NCBI GenBank assembly: GCA_002269645.1
Contig: NIVC01000152.1
Coordinates: 186,001 to 250,000, forward strand
Reading direction: 5' to 3'
DNA: 64,000 nt
DNA from: Macrostomum lignano
Taxonomy: Eukaryota
A model generated the notes under the pieces. The model did no database searches and was not told the origin of the DNA. It saw nothing but the letters and a program-made list of their open reading frames with translations. The position numbers were made by a program, and so were the translations under genes. Every line of letters begins with the position of its first letter. The stretch's first letter is position 1. Below, in pieces: positions 46,547 to 60,153 of this stretch.

Positions 46547-49500
46547 ATGCTCCTGATGGAACAGGCCACTCTGGCAGATCCGGTGAGAGAAAATCTTTTG
46601 ATGCCTGTTCTGCTCGCAATGACGATATCGCCGTAGGCGTTGCGCCAGGGTGCCTGCAGCTGCAGCCCTCCTGCAAGTATTATATACACGTAATATTTTT
46701 AGCCAAAAGTCGTAAACCTGTGATACCGGCCTTGTGCCCTCTGGTCATCTGAGTACTGTAAAATTCCCCTAGTGTCCTTGATGATGTGATGCATGGATTC
46801 CCCAAGGAGCATCTGGACCTCGGCAGCACCAAAAGTATCCCCTGAACTGCGACAGGCATTTTTATCATAAGTCGTGCATTATTTATTACCCCAATATCCA
46901 CCCCAGTCAAATGCAAGCGAGTTCGAGGTGATCCAGCTAGTTCGCATCGGGGTCTCCGGTCGGCAAGGACTCAGCGCATCCGGCCTGTGCCTCATCACTT
47001 TGTACGCCCTGATCTCCGCAGCCTCCCTGGCAGGCAACGGATTGTTCCTGTTTCTCAGCCTCCGCTACAGAGGCCTCAGGCGGCACATCTCCTACATCAT
47101 GATGAGCTTAGCTGGTTCCAATTTGCTAGTCACCTGCATCTGCGTGCCAGCCTCTGCTTACAGACTCTTCTACCTGAGCTGGGGTCTCGGCGAGCTCGGC
47201 TGCAAGCTCGTCATGTTTGTCGAAGGTGAGATGACAGCGCGGGCAGCTGCAGTAGAAGCGGACTAACTGTGTGTAGGAGGACTGCAGTCTCGCCAAGTCG
47301 TGCCAATTTCACTGGAAAATTCATTGGCGAGACTCCTGTGTGAGTGTTTTAGGCTATAAATTCACAGCATCTCAGCTGGACTTTCCAATAGCAAGTGCGT
47401 GATGATAAAAATTGATATTTGCAAGGAGGGCTGCAGGCACCCTGGCACCCTGAAGCTTGGGATTGTGAAGCTTGGGGATTGTGAAGCTTGGGGATTGTGG
47501 AGCTTGGGATTGTGAAGCTTGGGGATTGTGAAGCTTGGGGATTGTGAAGCTTGGGATTGTGAAGCTTAGGGATTGTGGAGCTTGGGATTGTGAAGCTTAG
47601 GGATTGTGGAGCTTGGGGATTGTGAAGCTTGGGGATTGTGAAGCTTGGGGATTGTGGAGCTTGGGGATTGTGAAGCTTGGGGATTGTGGAGCTTGGGGAT
47701 TGTGGAGCTTGGGGATTGTGAAGCTTGGGGATTGTGAAGCTTGGGGATTGTGAAGCTTGGGGATTGTGGAGCTTGGGGATTGTGGAGCTTGGGGATTGTG
47801 AAGCTTGGGGATTGTGAAGCTTAGGGATTGTGGAGCTTGGGATTGTGAAGCTTGGTGATTGTGAATCTTAGGGATTGTGAAGCTTGGGGATTGTGAAGCT
47901 TGGGGATTGTGAAGCTTGGGGATTGTGAAGCTTGGGGATTGTGGAGCTTGGGATTGTGAAGCTTGGGATTGTGAAGCTTAGGGATTGTGGAGCTTGGGAT
48001 TGTGAAGCTTGGGGATTGTGAAGCTTGGGGATTGTGAAGCTTGGGGATTGTGAAGCTTGGGGATTGTGGAGCTTGGGGATTGTGGAGCTTGGGGATTGTG
48101 AAGCTTGGGGATTGTGAAGCTTAGGGATTGTGGAGCTTGGGATTGTGAAGCTTGGTGATTGTGAATCTTAGGGATTGTGAAGCTTGGGGATTGTGAAGCT
48201 TGGGGATTGTGAAGCTTGGGGATTGTGAAGCTTGGGGATTGTGGAGCTTGGGGATTGTGGAGCTTGGGGATTGTGAAGCTTGGGGATTGTGAAGCTTGGG
48301 GATTGTGGAGCTTGGGGATTGTGGAGCTTGGGGATTGTGAAGCTTGGGGATTGTGAAGCTTAGGGATTGTGGAGCTTGGGGATTGTGAAGCTTGGGGATT
48401 GTGAAGCTTAGGGATTGTGGAGCTTGGGATTGTGAAGCTTGGTGATTGTGAATCTTAGGGATTGTGAAGCTTGGGGATTGTGAAGCTTGGGGATTGTGAA
48501 GCTTGGGGATTGTGAAGCTTGGGGATTGTGGAGCTTGGGATTGTGAAGCTTGGGATTGTGAAGCTTAGGGATTGTGGAGCTTGGGATTGTGAAGCTTGGG
48601 GATTGTGGAGCTTGGGGATTGTGAAGCTTGGGATTGTGAAGCTTGGGGATTGTGAAGCTTAGGGATTGTGAAGCTAAGGGATTGTGAAGCTTGGGATTGT
48701 GAAGCTTAGGGATTGTGAAGCTAAGGGATTGTGAAGCTTGGGGATTGTGAAGCTTGGGATTGTGAAGCTTGGGATTGTGAAGCTTGGGATTGTGAAGCTT
48801 GGGGATTGTGAAGCTTGGGATTGTATTGAGAATCTGCGGTACACGCTCGAGTTCATGCAGGACAAATTCTAGCAGATAAATTGCCCAAATTATCAGACCG
48901 AGCAGCAGAATATTCCTTGCTCGCTCATCCGTTTCCACGCTGCCGATAGTTTAGGCGCAGCCATGCGGAGACGCAACCGGTCCGTCTTGGAGATCGCTGA
49001 GCCATCCGGATCGATGAATGATCCCAATTTATTTAGGCCCGAATATCCGACAGTTGGAGTTAATTTCTTGTTTCAGGGGTGCATTTAGCCATGATCTTAA
49101 CGGGGTGCTATAGCCTGCATGCACATGCGAGTTTGTCTGCTCGTCTCCTCAGTGAGGCAGCGAGTGAGTTCATCAATGAGATCTTGTGTTACTGAGAGAG
49201 ATCATGTGTTCTTGAGAGAGATCATGTGTTACTGAGAGAGATCATGTGTTCTTGAGAGAGATCATGTGTTACTGAGAGAGATCATGTGTTCTTGAGAGAG
49301 ATCATGTGTTACTGAGAGAGATCATGTGTTCTTGAGAGAGATCATGTGTTCTTGAGTGAGATCATGTGTTCTTGAGTGAGATCATGTATTTTTGAGTGAG
49401 ATTATGTGTTCTTGAGTGAGATCATGTGTTCTTGAGAGAGATCATGTGTTCTTGAGAGAGATCATGTGTTACTGAGAGAGATCATGTGTTCTTGAGTGAG

Positions 49501-50784
49501 ATTATGTGTTCTTGAGTGAGATCATGTGTTCTTGAGTGAGATCATGTGTTCTTGAAAGAGATCATGTGTTCTTGAGTGAGATCATGTGTTCTTGAGTGAG
49601 ATCATGTGTTCTTGAGTGAGATCATGTGTTCTTGAGTCAGATCATGTGTTCTTGAGTGAGATCATGTGTTCTTGAGTGAGATCATGTTTTCTTGAGTGAG
49701 ATCATGTGTTCTTGAGTCATATCATGTGTTCTTGAGTGAGATCATGTGTTCTTGAGTGAGATCATGTGTTCTTGAGTGAGATCATGTGTTCTTGAGTGAG
49801 ATCATGTGTTCTTGAGTGAGATCATGTTTTCTTGAGTGAGATCATGTGTTCTGAAGTTAGTTCAATCAGCAAGTTGGTGACTGTTCGTCATTGACTAACA
49901 CACAAACCCCACCCAATCGCCCCCGAGCAGCCCTGGCCCTGGCCGTGAACAGTTTCTCCCTGGCCAGCGTGGCCATCATCCGGGCCCGCCAGAGCGCCCT
50001 GATGATCCCGCCCAGCCAGGCTTCGAACCGCGGCCTGCGCCTTGCCGTGCCGGCCATCTGGCTGGTGGCCGCCCTGGTCAGTGTGCCCGCCCTGTTCGCC
50101 GTGTCCCTGCAGCAGATCGGCATGTCCGACCTGCTCAACCTGACCTCGCTGACCTCGCCGCAGACTTGGCCGCCAAGCAATTGGACGGACGCAGTTGCTT
50201 CATCTTCGCCGGGTAGGCCAGTGCTCCAGCTGTGCTCCGAGCATCGAAGCAGCGATGTTCAAGGCCGGACTAGCCAGAAGATCTACTCGGCATATTTCCT
50301 GCTCATTCTGTTCCTGTCGCCCTGCATAGTTCTGATGTTCTCCTACGGTTTCACAGCTCGCTTCATCACCAGGCAGTTCGCCCGCCTGCAGGCCAGGGCA
50401 CCGCAGCAGCCGGACACGCAGTTCGCTGCCGGCCTCACCCGACGGCCCGGCCGGTCGCAGAGCAGCAGCGCCGGCCGACACACGCCGCAGGCTGCGGCCG
50501 CCTGCCACGCCAGGGAGCTGCAGAAGCGGACAGTGAAAACTGTCGTAGTACTTGTAGCATTCTTCTTCTGCGCCTGGTTTCCCAAGGATCTGATCATTGC
50601 GCTGCAGGATTTTGTGTTCTACGATCAGCAGAGTCAGGCCGTGGCGGCGCTGCTGACCAAGTTCTATCCCTACACGCAGGCGCTGATCTACTTGCACAGC
50701 GCGCTCTGCCCCCTGCTCTACTGGTGCCTCAGTCGGGTCTTTCGACGGTACGTCTGTCGGGCGTTTCCCTGCCGGCGAGTCTGA
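46547..50784 (+). CDS. Class A (rhodopsin-like) GPCR of the neuropeptide-receptor type, 402 aa
   Basis: Exons 46547-46582, 46907-47225, 49931-50784 (GT-AG, phases 0 and 1, 1209 nt; branch point CTAAC at about 49895). N-glycosylation site NAS; TM1 GN (LAGNGLFL), TM2 SLAGSNLL, ECL1 W...GCK, TM4 IW...SVP, ECL2 C, TM5 P...Y, TM6 CAWFP, TM7 SALCPLLY, helix 8 FRRY with C-terminal Cys. Exon 1 is less certain. Confidence 0.9.
47451..48824. repeat. GPCR-intron minisatellite, 15-16-bp unit TTGGGGATTGTGAAGC
   Basis: Unit read directly. Confidence 0.98.
49178..49852. repeat. GPCR-intron minisatellite, 20-bp unit GAGATCATGTGTTCTTGAGT, about 34 copies
   Basis: Unit read directly. Confidence 0.98.
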
Positions 50785-51586
50785 CTTCACTGGCTAGCCT
50801 AGGAGTTGGCAGCGATTCTGATTGGCTCAGAGGCGACAACAACACTACAGAAACTATTCTGATTGGTCGAGGCGCAATACAGTGTTATAGAAGCGATTCC
50901 GATTGGTTGATTCAAAGTAAAGTGCTATATAGACGATTCTGATTGGTCGAGGCGCAGTACAGTGTTATACTTGAAGTAGAAATGATTCTGATTGGCCAGT
51001 GACCAGTAAAAAAGAACGGAACGTCTAAAATACGCCATTTATGGCTCTTGAATAAGCATAAACATTTAACGCGTCGAGCATCCGCTTGTTCAATGATGAT
51101 TGACCAACCAGTGTGATTTTTGTCTACTATTCATAATCAAAAAAGCGCCCTTTTGCCTGTTGTAATGCAAATTTGTGAGAATCTTTTCAGCAGCTAGTAA
51201 ATGACTTGTTTAAAATTACAATTTGTTAATGATTTGTTTCCCTAATAACTTGTAGTTTGCGTGTAGAATTCGAGGTATAGATTGTAATATTATGTTATGC
51301 AATAATATACAGCCAGTACTGCTCACTGCTGTTTAATTATTCATAAAGATAATAGAGTATACTTTTTTGAGCTCGGAGCAAACAACTACTTCTAATATTA
51401 TCATTACTATTGTTATTGATTTTCTTATTATTGTTATTATTATTAGTTATTATTATTATTAATATTACACCGTAGGAATACCAAGCCATTTTCCGCCCGT
51501 GGAACTACCAAGGGGGGAATCCCCCCTGACGATGTTTTTACTGCGCCGGAACGGAGCAACGCAGGCACACGAAATTCAAGAACACG

Positions 51587-52190
51587 GGCTAACTTTTTGT
51601 TGCGCACCTTCTCAAACAAGAATCAAGTCGCCAGCTCTCCGGACCGTCGAGATATTCGACGATTCTGCCAGAAGGTCGGAATTTTCCCATAAGCGCCAGT
51701 GTATTCAGTACACCCCTGTGCGCGACTCAGTGCAGCCTTGCCAAGCCAGCGTGTCCATAGTCGCATGGTGTCATCTGTTGAAGGTGCCGACGGCGTCGGG
51801 GTGATGTCGAAATGCTTGAGAGACCAGCTGAGAATGTCCGGCAGTCGAGGCTTGATTAGCGAAACTTCAGAAATTTGCATCAAGGTGTTCATAGTCATCT
51901 GGTGCCACCTGTTGAAGGTCCAGAAGCTCCGCCTGGGTGAAGGCCAGTGACCAACAAAGTCAGAGCTGATGCAGACACATGTGGCCGACGTGCTGATGAA
52001 ATTTGGGGGTTTGGCAAGGCGGAACTGAGTTGCAGTGCTGATTGGCGCACAGGGGTGTACTGAAATTACTGAATACACTGGCGCTAATGGAAAAAATCGG
52101 ACTTTCTGGCAGAATCGTCGAATATCTCGACGGTCCGGAGGGCTGGCGACTTGATTCTTATTTGAGAAGTTGCGCAACAAAAAGCTGACC
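51587..52190. mobile_element. Foldback/MITE-like element with long (about 160-180 bp) terminal inverted repeats
   Basis: 51587-51744 is the near reverse complement of 52011-52190 (e.g. CTTTTTGTTGCGCA.CTTCTCAAA.AAGAATCAAGTCGCCAGC.CTCCGGACCGTCGAGATATTCGACGATTCTGCCAGAA). GG termini; TSD not convincing. Confidence 0.8.
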
Positions 52191-52751
52191 GCAAATACGG
52201 ACGCCAATGACTGGGATTTTTATCTTTTATAATAAGTTATTAGGTGTAAAATATTTTATATCGTCTGCAGTAAGGTTTTTTAAAATTTTAAACTTCACCC
52301 GAGATTTGATGTTCAAACTTAATTGTTATATCATGGGGAGCACTTTGTTCAGGTCCTGCTCTCGTAAGGGAGCCTTTGGTTTCGCAGTGGCTCTGCAGCG
52401 TGTCTCAGTGTTAAGTAAATACGTTACTATTGCTGACATCTAATATTACCTTAGCCTTCATTTCTCACTCTGTATACAGCAGTTGTAATTTAGCTTTAAC
52501 CACCAGGGGATTAAAAGAAGAAATTTTTCACCTGATGTTTCATCACGAACACTAAACAAACCAACCTTATAATCCAGAGTCCACAATCTAGTTTTTCCAT
52601 ATTTCACGATTATTCGATACGCGTGTTGCAACTCTAAATTATACTGGCTTCCTGTTTCCTTCATCACGACTCCTTCATCAGGTAGCTGCTTTAGTAGATT
52701 AGAGCCGAAAAAGGGGAACAGATCCTCGGTAACTTCGACTAGATTGCTTCA

Positions 52752-53580
52752 GGCTAATTCTTGACTGAATCTGAGCTAATTATTGACTGAATCTGGGCTA
52801 ATTCTTTACTGAATTCAAGCTAGTTCTTGACTGAATTCTAAGCTAATTCTTGACTGTATCTGAGCTAATTCTTGACTGAATCTGGGCTAATTCTTTACTG
52901 AATTCAAGCTAGTTCTTGACTGAATTCTAAGCTAATTCTTGACTGAATTCTAAGCTAATTCTTGACTGTATCTGAGCTAATTCTTGACTGAATCTGGGCT
53001 AATTCTTGACTGTATCTGAGCTAATTCTTGACTGAATTCTAAGCTAATTCTTGACTGAAACTGAGCTAATTCTTGACTGAATCTGGGCTAATTCTTGACT
53101 AAATCTGGGCTAATTCTTGACTGAATCTGAGCTAATTCTTGACTCAATCTGAGCTAATTCTTGACTCAATTCTAAGCTAATTCTTAACTGTATCTGAGCT
53201 AATTATTGACTGAAACTGAGCTAATTCTTGACTGAATCTGAGCTAATTATTGACTGAATCTGAGCTAATTATTGACTGTATCTGAGCTAATTCTTGACTC
53301 AATTCTAAGCTAATTCTTAACTGTATCTGAGCTAATTATTGACTGAAACTGAGCTAATTCTTGACTGAATCTGAGCTAATTATTGACTGTATCTGAGCTA
53401 ATTATTGACTGAATCTGAGCTAATTATTGACTGTATCTGAGCTAATTATTGACTTAATCTGAGCTAATTATTGACTGAATGTGGGTTAATTCTTGACTGA
53501 ATGTGGGCTAATTCTTGACTGAATCTGAGCTAATTCTTGACTGAATCTGGGCTAATTCCTGACTGAATCTGGGGTAACTC
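52752..53580. repeat. Minisatellite, 22-23-bp unit GACTGAATCTGAGCTAATTCTT
   Basis: Unit read directly. Confidence 0.96.
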
Positions 53581-54015
53581 CCTGACGGAAATCTGAGCTA
53601 CTGCATGACGTAATAAATACAGATCAACGGCAGCTGCGTTTCCAGCCCAGTTTCCTAAAGGTCCCTGACTCTGTGTAAGTCTCAGGAACTCTGATCCAGC
53701 TTTATACTTACTAGTTCTGAACTCAATTTTCGAAACTATTTGTCGAAGGTAAGGCAGAACTTTACTTACCGTTCAGGATTTCCCGAATGCAAATAATTAT
53801 GGGAATTTTCTGGAATTTTCCCAGCCGGAGATGCCCGTATAAATCCCTCCGCTGCACCAGATGGTCGCAGAAATGAGTTGGAGATTAGCTCAGTGAGGTC
53901 TTTTTAGATTAATGCACATTTGGCCTGACCAAACTGCCTTGATCAATGTTAAGGGATTTCACTATCGAGAAAAGGTGGGCATTACTTTGCCCATATAAGC
54001 CCTGCATGCATGAGA

Positions 54016-57000
54016 AAATGGATTGCTAATTTACAGCCATCATGGATGAAGGTATAGAATGGATTGCTAATCTATAGCCATCATGGATGAAGGTATAGAA
54101 TGGATTGCTAATCTATAGCCATCGGGGATGAAGGAATAGAATGGATTGCTAATCTATAGCCATCGGGGATGAAGGTATAGAATGGATTGCTAATCTATAG
54201 CCATCGGGAATGAAGGTATAGAATGGATTGCTAATCTATAGCCATCATGGATGAAGGTAAAAAATGGATTGCTAATCTATAGCCATCACGGATGAAGGTG
54301 TAGAATGGATTGCTAATCTATAGTCATTACGTATGAAGGTATAGAATGGATTGCTAATCTATAGCCATCACGGATGAAGGTGTAGAATGGATTGCTAATC
54401 TACAGCTTGAATGTATAAAATGGATTGCTAATCTATAGCCATCACGGATGAAGGTGTAGAATGGATTGCTAATCTATAGCCATCATGGATGAAGGTATAG
54501 AATGGATTGCTAATTTACAGCCATCATGGATGCAGGTATAGAATGGATTGCTAATCTATAGCCATCATGGATGAAGGTATAGAATGGATTGCTAATCTAT
54601 AGCCATCATGGATGAACGTATAGAATGGATTGCTAATCTATAGCCATCATGGATGAACGTATAGAATGGATTGCTAATCTATAGCCATCATGGATGAACG
54701 TATAGAATGGATTGCTAATCTATAGCCATCATGGATGAAGGTAAAAAATGGATTGCTAATCTATAGCCATCACGGATGAAGGTGTAGAATGGATTGCTAA
54801 TTTACAGCCATCATGGATGAAGGTATAGAATGGATTGCTAATTTACAGCCATCATGGATGCAGGTATAGAATGGATTGCTAATCTATAGCCATCATGGAT
54901 GAACGTATAGAATGGATTGCTAATCTATAGCCATCATGGATGAACGTATAGAATGGATTGCTAATCTATAGCCATCATGGATGAAGGTAAAAAATGGATT
55001 GCTAATCTATAGCCATCACGGATGAAGGTGTAGAATGGATTGCTAATCTATAGTCATTACGTATGAAGGTATAGAATGGATTGCTAATCTATAGCCATCA
55101 TGGATGAAGGTGTAGAATGGATTGCTAATCTACAGCTTGAATGTATAAAATGGATTGCTAATCTATAGCCATCACGGATGAAGGTGTAGAATGGATTGCT
55201 AATCTATAGCCATCATGGATGAAGGTATACAATGGATTGCTAATCTATAGCCATCGGGGATGAACGTATAGAATGGATTGCTAATCTATAGCCATCATGG
55301 ATGAACGTATAGAATGGATTGCTAATCTATAGGCCATCATGGATGAACGTATAGAATGGATTGCTAATCTATAGCCATCATGGATGAAGGTGTAGAATGG
55401 ATTGCTAATCTACAGCTTGAATGTATAAAATGGATTGCTAATCTATAGCCATCACGGATGAAGGTGTAGAATGGATTGCTAATCTATAGCCATCATGGAT
55501 GAAGGTAAAAAATGGATTGCTAATCTATAGCCATCACGGATGAAGGTGTAGAATGGATTGCTAATCTATAGTCATTACGTATGAAGGTATAGAATGGATT
55601 GCTAATCTATAGCCATCATGGATGAAGGTGTAGAATGGATTGCTAATCTACAGCTTGAATGTATAAAATGGATTGCTAATCTATAGCCATCACGGATGAA
55701 GGTGTAGAATGGATTGCTAATCTATAGCCATCACGGATGAAGGTATAGAATGGATTGCTAATCTATAGCCATCGGGGATGAACGTATAGAATGGATTGCT
55801 AATCTATAGCCATCATGGATGAACGTATAGAATGGATTGCTAATCTATAGCCATCATGGATGAACGTATAGAATGGATTGCTAATCTATAGCCATCATGG
55901 ATGAAGGTATAAAATGGATTGCTAATCTATAGCCATCATGGATAAACGTATAGAATGGATTGCTAATCTATAGCCATCATGGATGAACGTATAGAATGGA
56001 TTGCTAATCTATAGCCATCATGGATGAACGTATAGAATGGATTGCTAATCTATAGCCATCATGGATGAAGGTAAAAAATGGATTGCTAATCTATAGCCAT
56101 CACGGATGAAGGTGTAGAATGGATTGCTAATTTACAGCCATCATGGATGAAGGTATAGAATGGATTGCTAATTTACAGCCATCATGGATGAAGGTATAGA
56201 ATGGATTGCTAATCTATAGCCATCATGGATGAACGTATAGAATGGATTGCTAATCTATAGCCATCATGGATGAACGTATAGAATGGATTGCTAATCTATA
56301 GCCATCATGGATGAACGTATAGAATGGATTGCTAATCTATAGCCATCATGGATGAAGGTATAAAATGGATTGCTAATCTATAGCCATCATGGATGCAGGT
56401 ATAGAATGGATTGCTAATCTATAGCCATCATGGATGAACGTATAGAATGGATTGCTAATCTATAGCCATCATGGATGAACGTATAGAATGGATTGCTAAT
56501 CTATAGCCATCATGGATGAAGGTAAAAAATGGATTGCTAATCTATAGCCATCACGGATGAAGGTGTAGAATGGATTGCTAATCTATAGCCATCACGGATG
56601 AAGGTGTAGAATGGATTGCTAATCTATAGTCATTACGTATGAAGGTATAGAATGGATTGCTAATCTATAGCCATCACGGATGAAGGTGTAGAATGGATTG
56701 CTAATCTACAGCTTGAATGTATAAAATGGATTGCTAATCTATAGCCATCACGGATGAAGGTGTAGAATGGATTGCTAATCTATAGCCATCATGGATGAAG
56801 GTATACAATGGATTGCTAATCTATAGCCATCATGGATGAAGGTATAGAATGGATTGCTAATCTATAGCCATCATGGATGAACGTATAGAATGGATTGCTA
56901 ATCTATAGCCATCATGGATGAACGTATAGAATGGATTGCTAATCTATAGCCATCATGGATGAACGTATAGAATGGATTGCTAATCTATAGCCATCATGGA

Positions 57001-58631
57001 TGAAGGTATAGAATGGATTGCTAATCTATAGCCATCATGGATGAAACGTATAGAATGGATTGCTAATCTATAGCCATCATGGATGAACGTATAGAATGGA
57101 TTGCTAATCTATAGCCATCATGGATGAAGTATAGAATGGATTGCTAATCTATAGCCATCATGGATGAACGTATAGAATGGATTGCTAATCTATAGCCATC
57201 ATGGATAAACGTATAGAATGGATTGCTAATCTATAGCCATCATGGATGAACGTATAGAATGGATTGCTAATTTACAGCCATCATGGATGAAGGTATAGAA
57301 TGGATTGCTAATTTAGCCATCATGGATGAAGGTATAGAATGGATTGCTAATCTATAGCCATCAGGATGAAGGTATAGAATGGATTGCTAATCTATAGCCA
57401 TCATGGATGAAGGTGTAGAATGGATTGCTAATCTATAGCCATCATGGATGAACGTATAGAATGGATTGCTAATCTATAGCCATCATGGATGAACGTATAG
57501 AATGGATTGCTAATCTATAGCCATCACGGATGAAGGTATAGAATGGATTGCTAATCTTACAGCCATCATGGATGCAGGTATAGAATGGATTGCTAATCTA
57601 TAGCCATCATGGATGAAGGTATAGAATGGATTGCTAATCTATAGCCATCATGGATGAACGTATAGAATGGATTGCTAATCTATAGCCATCATGGATGAAG
57701 GTAAAATGGATTGCTAATCTATAGCCATCACGGATGAAGGTGTAGAATGGATTGCTAATCTATAGCCATCATGGATGAAGGTATAGAATGGATTGCTAAT
57801 CTATAGCCATCACGGATGAAGGTGTAGAATGGATTGCTAATCTACAGCTTGAATGTATAAAATGGATTGCTAATCTATAGCCATCACGGATGAAGGTATA
57901 GAATGGATTGCTAATCTATAGCCATCATGGATGAAGGTATAGAATGGATTGCTAATTATAGCCATCATGGATGAGGTATAGAATGGATTGCTAATCTATA
58001 GCCATCATGGATGAAGGTATAGAATGGATTGCTAATCTATAGCCATCATGGATGAAGGTATAGAATGGATTGCTAATCTATAGCCATCATGGATGAACGT
58101 ATAGAATGGATTGCTAATCTATAGCCATCATGGATGAACGTATAGAATGGATTGCTAATCTATAGCCATCATGGATGAAGGTATGGATTGCTAATCTATA
58201 GCCATCACGGATGAAGGTGTAGAATGGATTGCTAATTTACAGCCATCATGGATGAAGGTATAGAATGGATTGCTAATTTACAGCCATCATGGATGCAGGT
58301 ATAGAATGGATTGCTAATCTATAGCCATCATGGATGAACCTAATCTATAGCCATCATGGATGAAGGTATAGAATGGATTGCTAATTTATAGCCATCAGGG
58401 ATAAACGCATAGAATGGATTGCTAATCTATAAGCCATCAGGGATGAACGCATAGAATGGATTGCTAATCTATAGCCATCAGGGATGAACGCATAGAATGG
58501 ATTGCTAATCTATAGGCCCTCATGGATGAACGTATAGAATGGATTGCTAATCTATAGGCCATCATGGATGAATGTATAGAATGGATTGCTAATCTATAGC
58601 CATCATGGATGAAGGTGTAGAATGGATTGCT
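54016..58631. repeat. Satellite array, 41-bp unit GAATGGATTGCTAATCTATAGCCATCATGGATGAAGGTATA, about 112 copies (4.6 kb)
   Basis: Unit read directly; variant cassettes recur. Confidence 0.99.
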
Positions 58632-59145
58632 GACTCCCAGTTCTCCGTAAAGCAGCACCCCTCTAAGAGACTCCATTAGTGCAAAATTTGAGCTGCGTTG
58701 CTGGGAGCACGCATTGGACTTGGACTTTCACCCTAGCAACAAAATCGCTGTAGGTAAAGCTCTTCCAAGTGAAGAAATTCCGCCTTCCCTGATCTTGGGC
58801 TGCAAGGGACAGCTTTTAGAAGTTGTCGGGCGATGTGGCTTAGAAAAATCGATAAACTTCCCCTCATGGGCCATTGTTCCCCCAGCAGCTGCCTCATCAA
58901 CTCAGCTGTACACTGGTCCGTCACACTTTTTGTTAAAAAGTTTTCTTTTACTTGCTGCTGCTACCCGCGCTCTCCTAGCAGACTTTGCACAAACATATAA
59001 TTGCTTTTCTGTCTCCAACTAGTGATTTGCTTCAGCTGGTGAATGAGCTAGAAATGCTACTTGTAAAAGTTCAGTAGCATATTCTGCCTACTAAGCCGAA
59101 ATATCTTTGTTTGAATATTATACCGTTTATTTAAAATAGACGCAA

Positions 59146-60153
59146 AATCAGTTCAGAATCAGTTCAGAATCAGTTCAGAATCAGTTCAGAATCAGATCAG
59201 AATCAGTTCAGAATCAGTTCAGAATCAGTTCAGAATCAGATCAGAATCAGTTCAGAATCAGTTCAGAATCAGTTCAGAATCAGTTCAGAATCAGATCAGA
59301 ATCAGTTCAGAATCAGATCAGAATCAGTTCAGAATCAGATCAGAATCAGTTCAGAATCAGTTCAGAATCAGTTCAGAATCAGTCCAGAATCAGTTCAGAA
59401 TCAGTTCAGAATCAGTTCAGAATCAGTTCAGAATCAGTTCATAATCAGTTCAGAATCAGTTCAGAATCAGATCAGAATCAGTTCAGAATCAGTTCAGAAT
59501 CAGTTCAGAATCAGTTCAGAATCAGTTCAGAATCAGATCAGAATCAGTTCAGAATCAGATCAGAATCAGTTCAGAATCAGTTCAGAATAAGTTCAGAATC
59601 AGTTCAGAATCAGTTCAGAATCAGATCAGAATCAGTTCAGAATCAGTTCAGAATCAGATCAGAATCAGTTCAGAATCAGTTCAGAATCAGTTCAGAATCA
59701 GTCCAGAATCAGTTCAGAATCAGTTCAGAATCAGATCAGAATCAGTTCAGAATCAGTTCAGAATCAGTTCAGAATCAGATCAGAATCAGTTCAGAATCAG
59801 ATCAGAATCAGTTCAGAATCAGATCAGAATCAGTTCAGAATCAGTTCAGAATCAGTTCAGAATCAGTCCAGAATCAGTTCAGAATCAGTTCAGAATCAGT
59901 TCAGAATCAGTTCAGAATCAGTTCATAATCAGTTCAGAATCAGTTCAGAATCAGATCAGAATCAGTTCAGAATCAGTTCAGAATCAGTTCAGAATCAGTT
60001 CAGAATCAGTTCATAATCAGATCAGAATCAGTTCAGAATCAGTTCAGAATCAGTTCAGAATCAGATCAGAATCAGTTCAGAATAAGATCAGAATCAGTTC
60101 AGAATCAGTTCAGAATCAGATCAGAATCAGTTCAGAATCAGATCAGAATCAGT
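59146..60153. repeat. Minisatellite, 11-bp unit GAATCAGTTCA / GAATCAGATCA, about 90 copies
   Basis: Unit read directly. Confidence 0.98.

Noticed and set aside
51499-52207. ORFs 51499..51804, 51623..52207 and 51699..51950 as a transposase
   Set aside because: No DDE or DNA-binding motifs; they lie within a non-coding foldback element.
54016-58631. CRISPR-like array
   Set aside because: Contiguous tandem units without unique spacers, no cas genes, eukaryotic context.
58640-59022. ORFs 58714..59022 and 58733..58924
   Set aside because: No motifs or clear splice sites; left unannotated.
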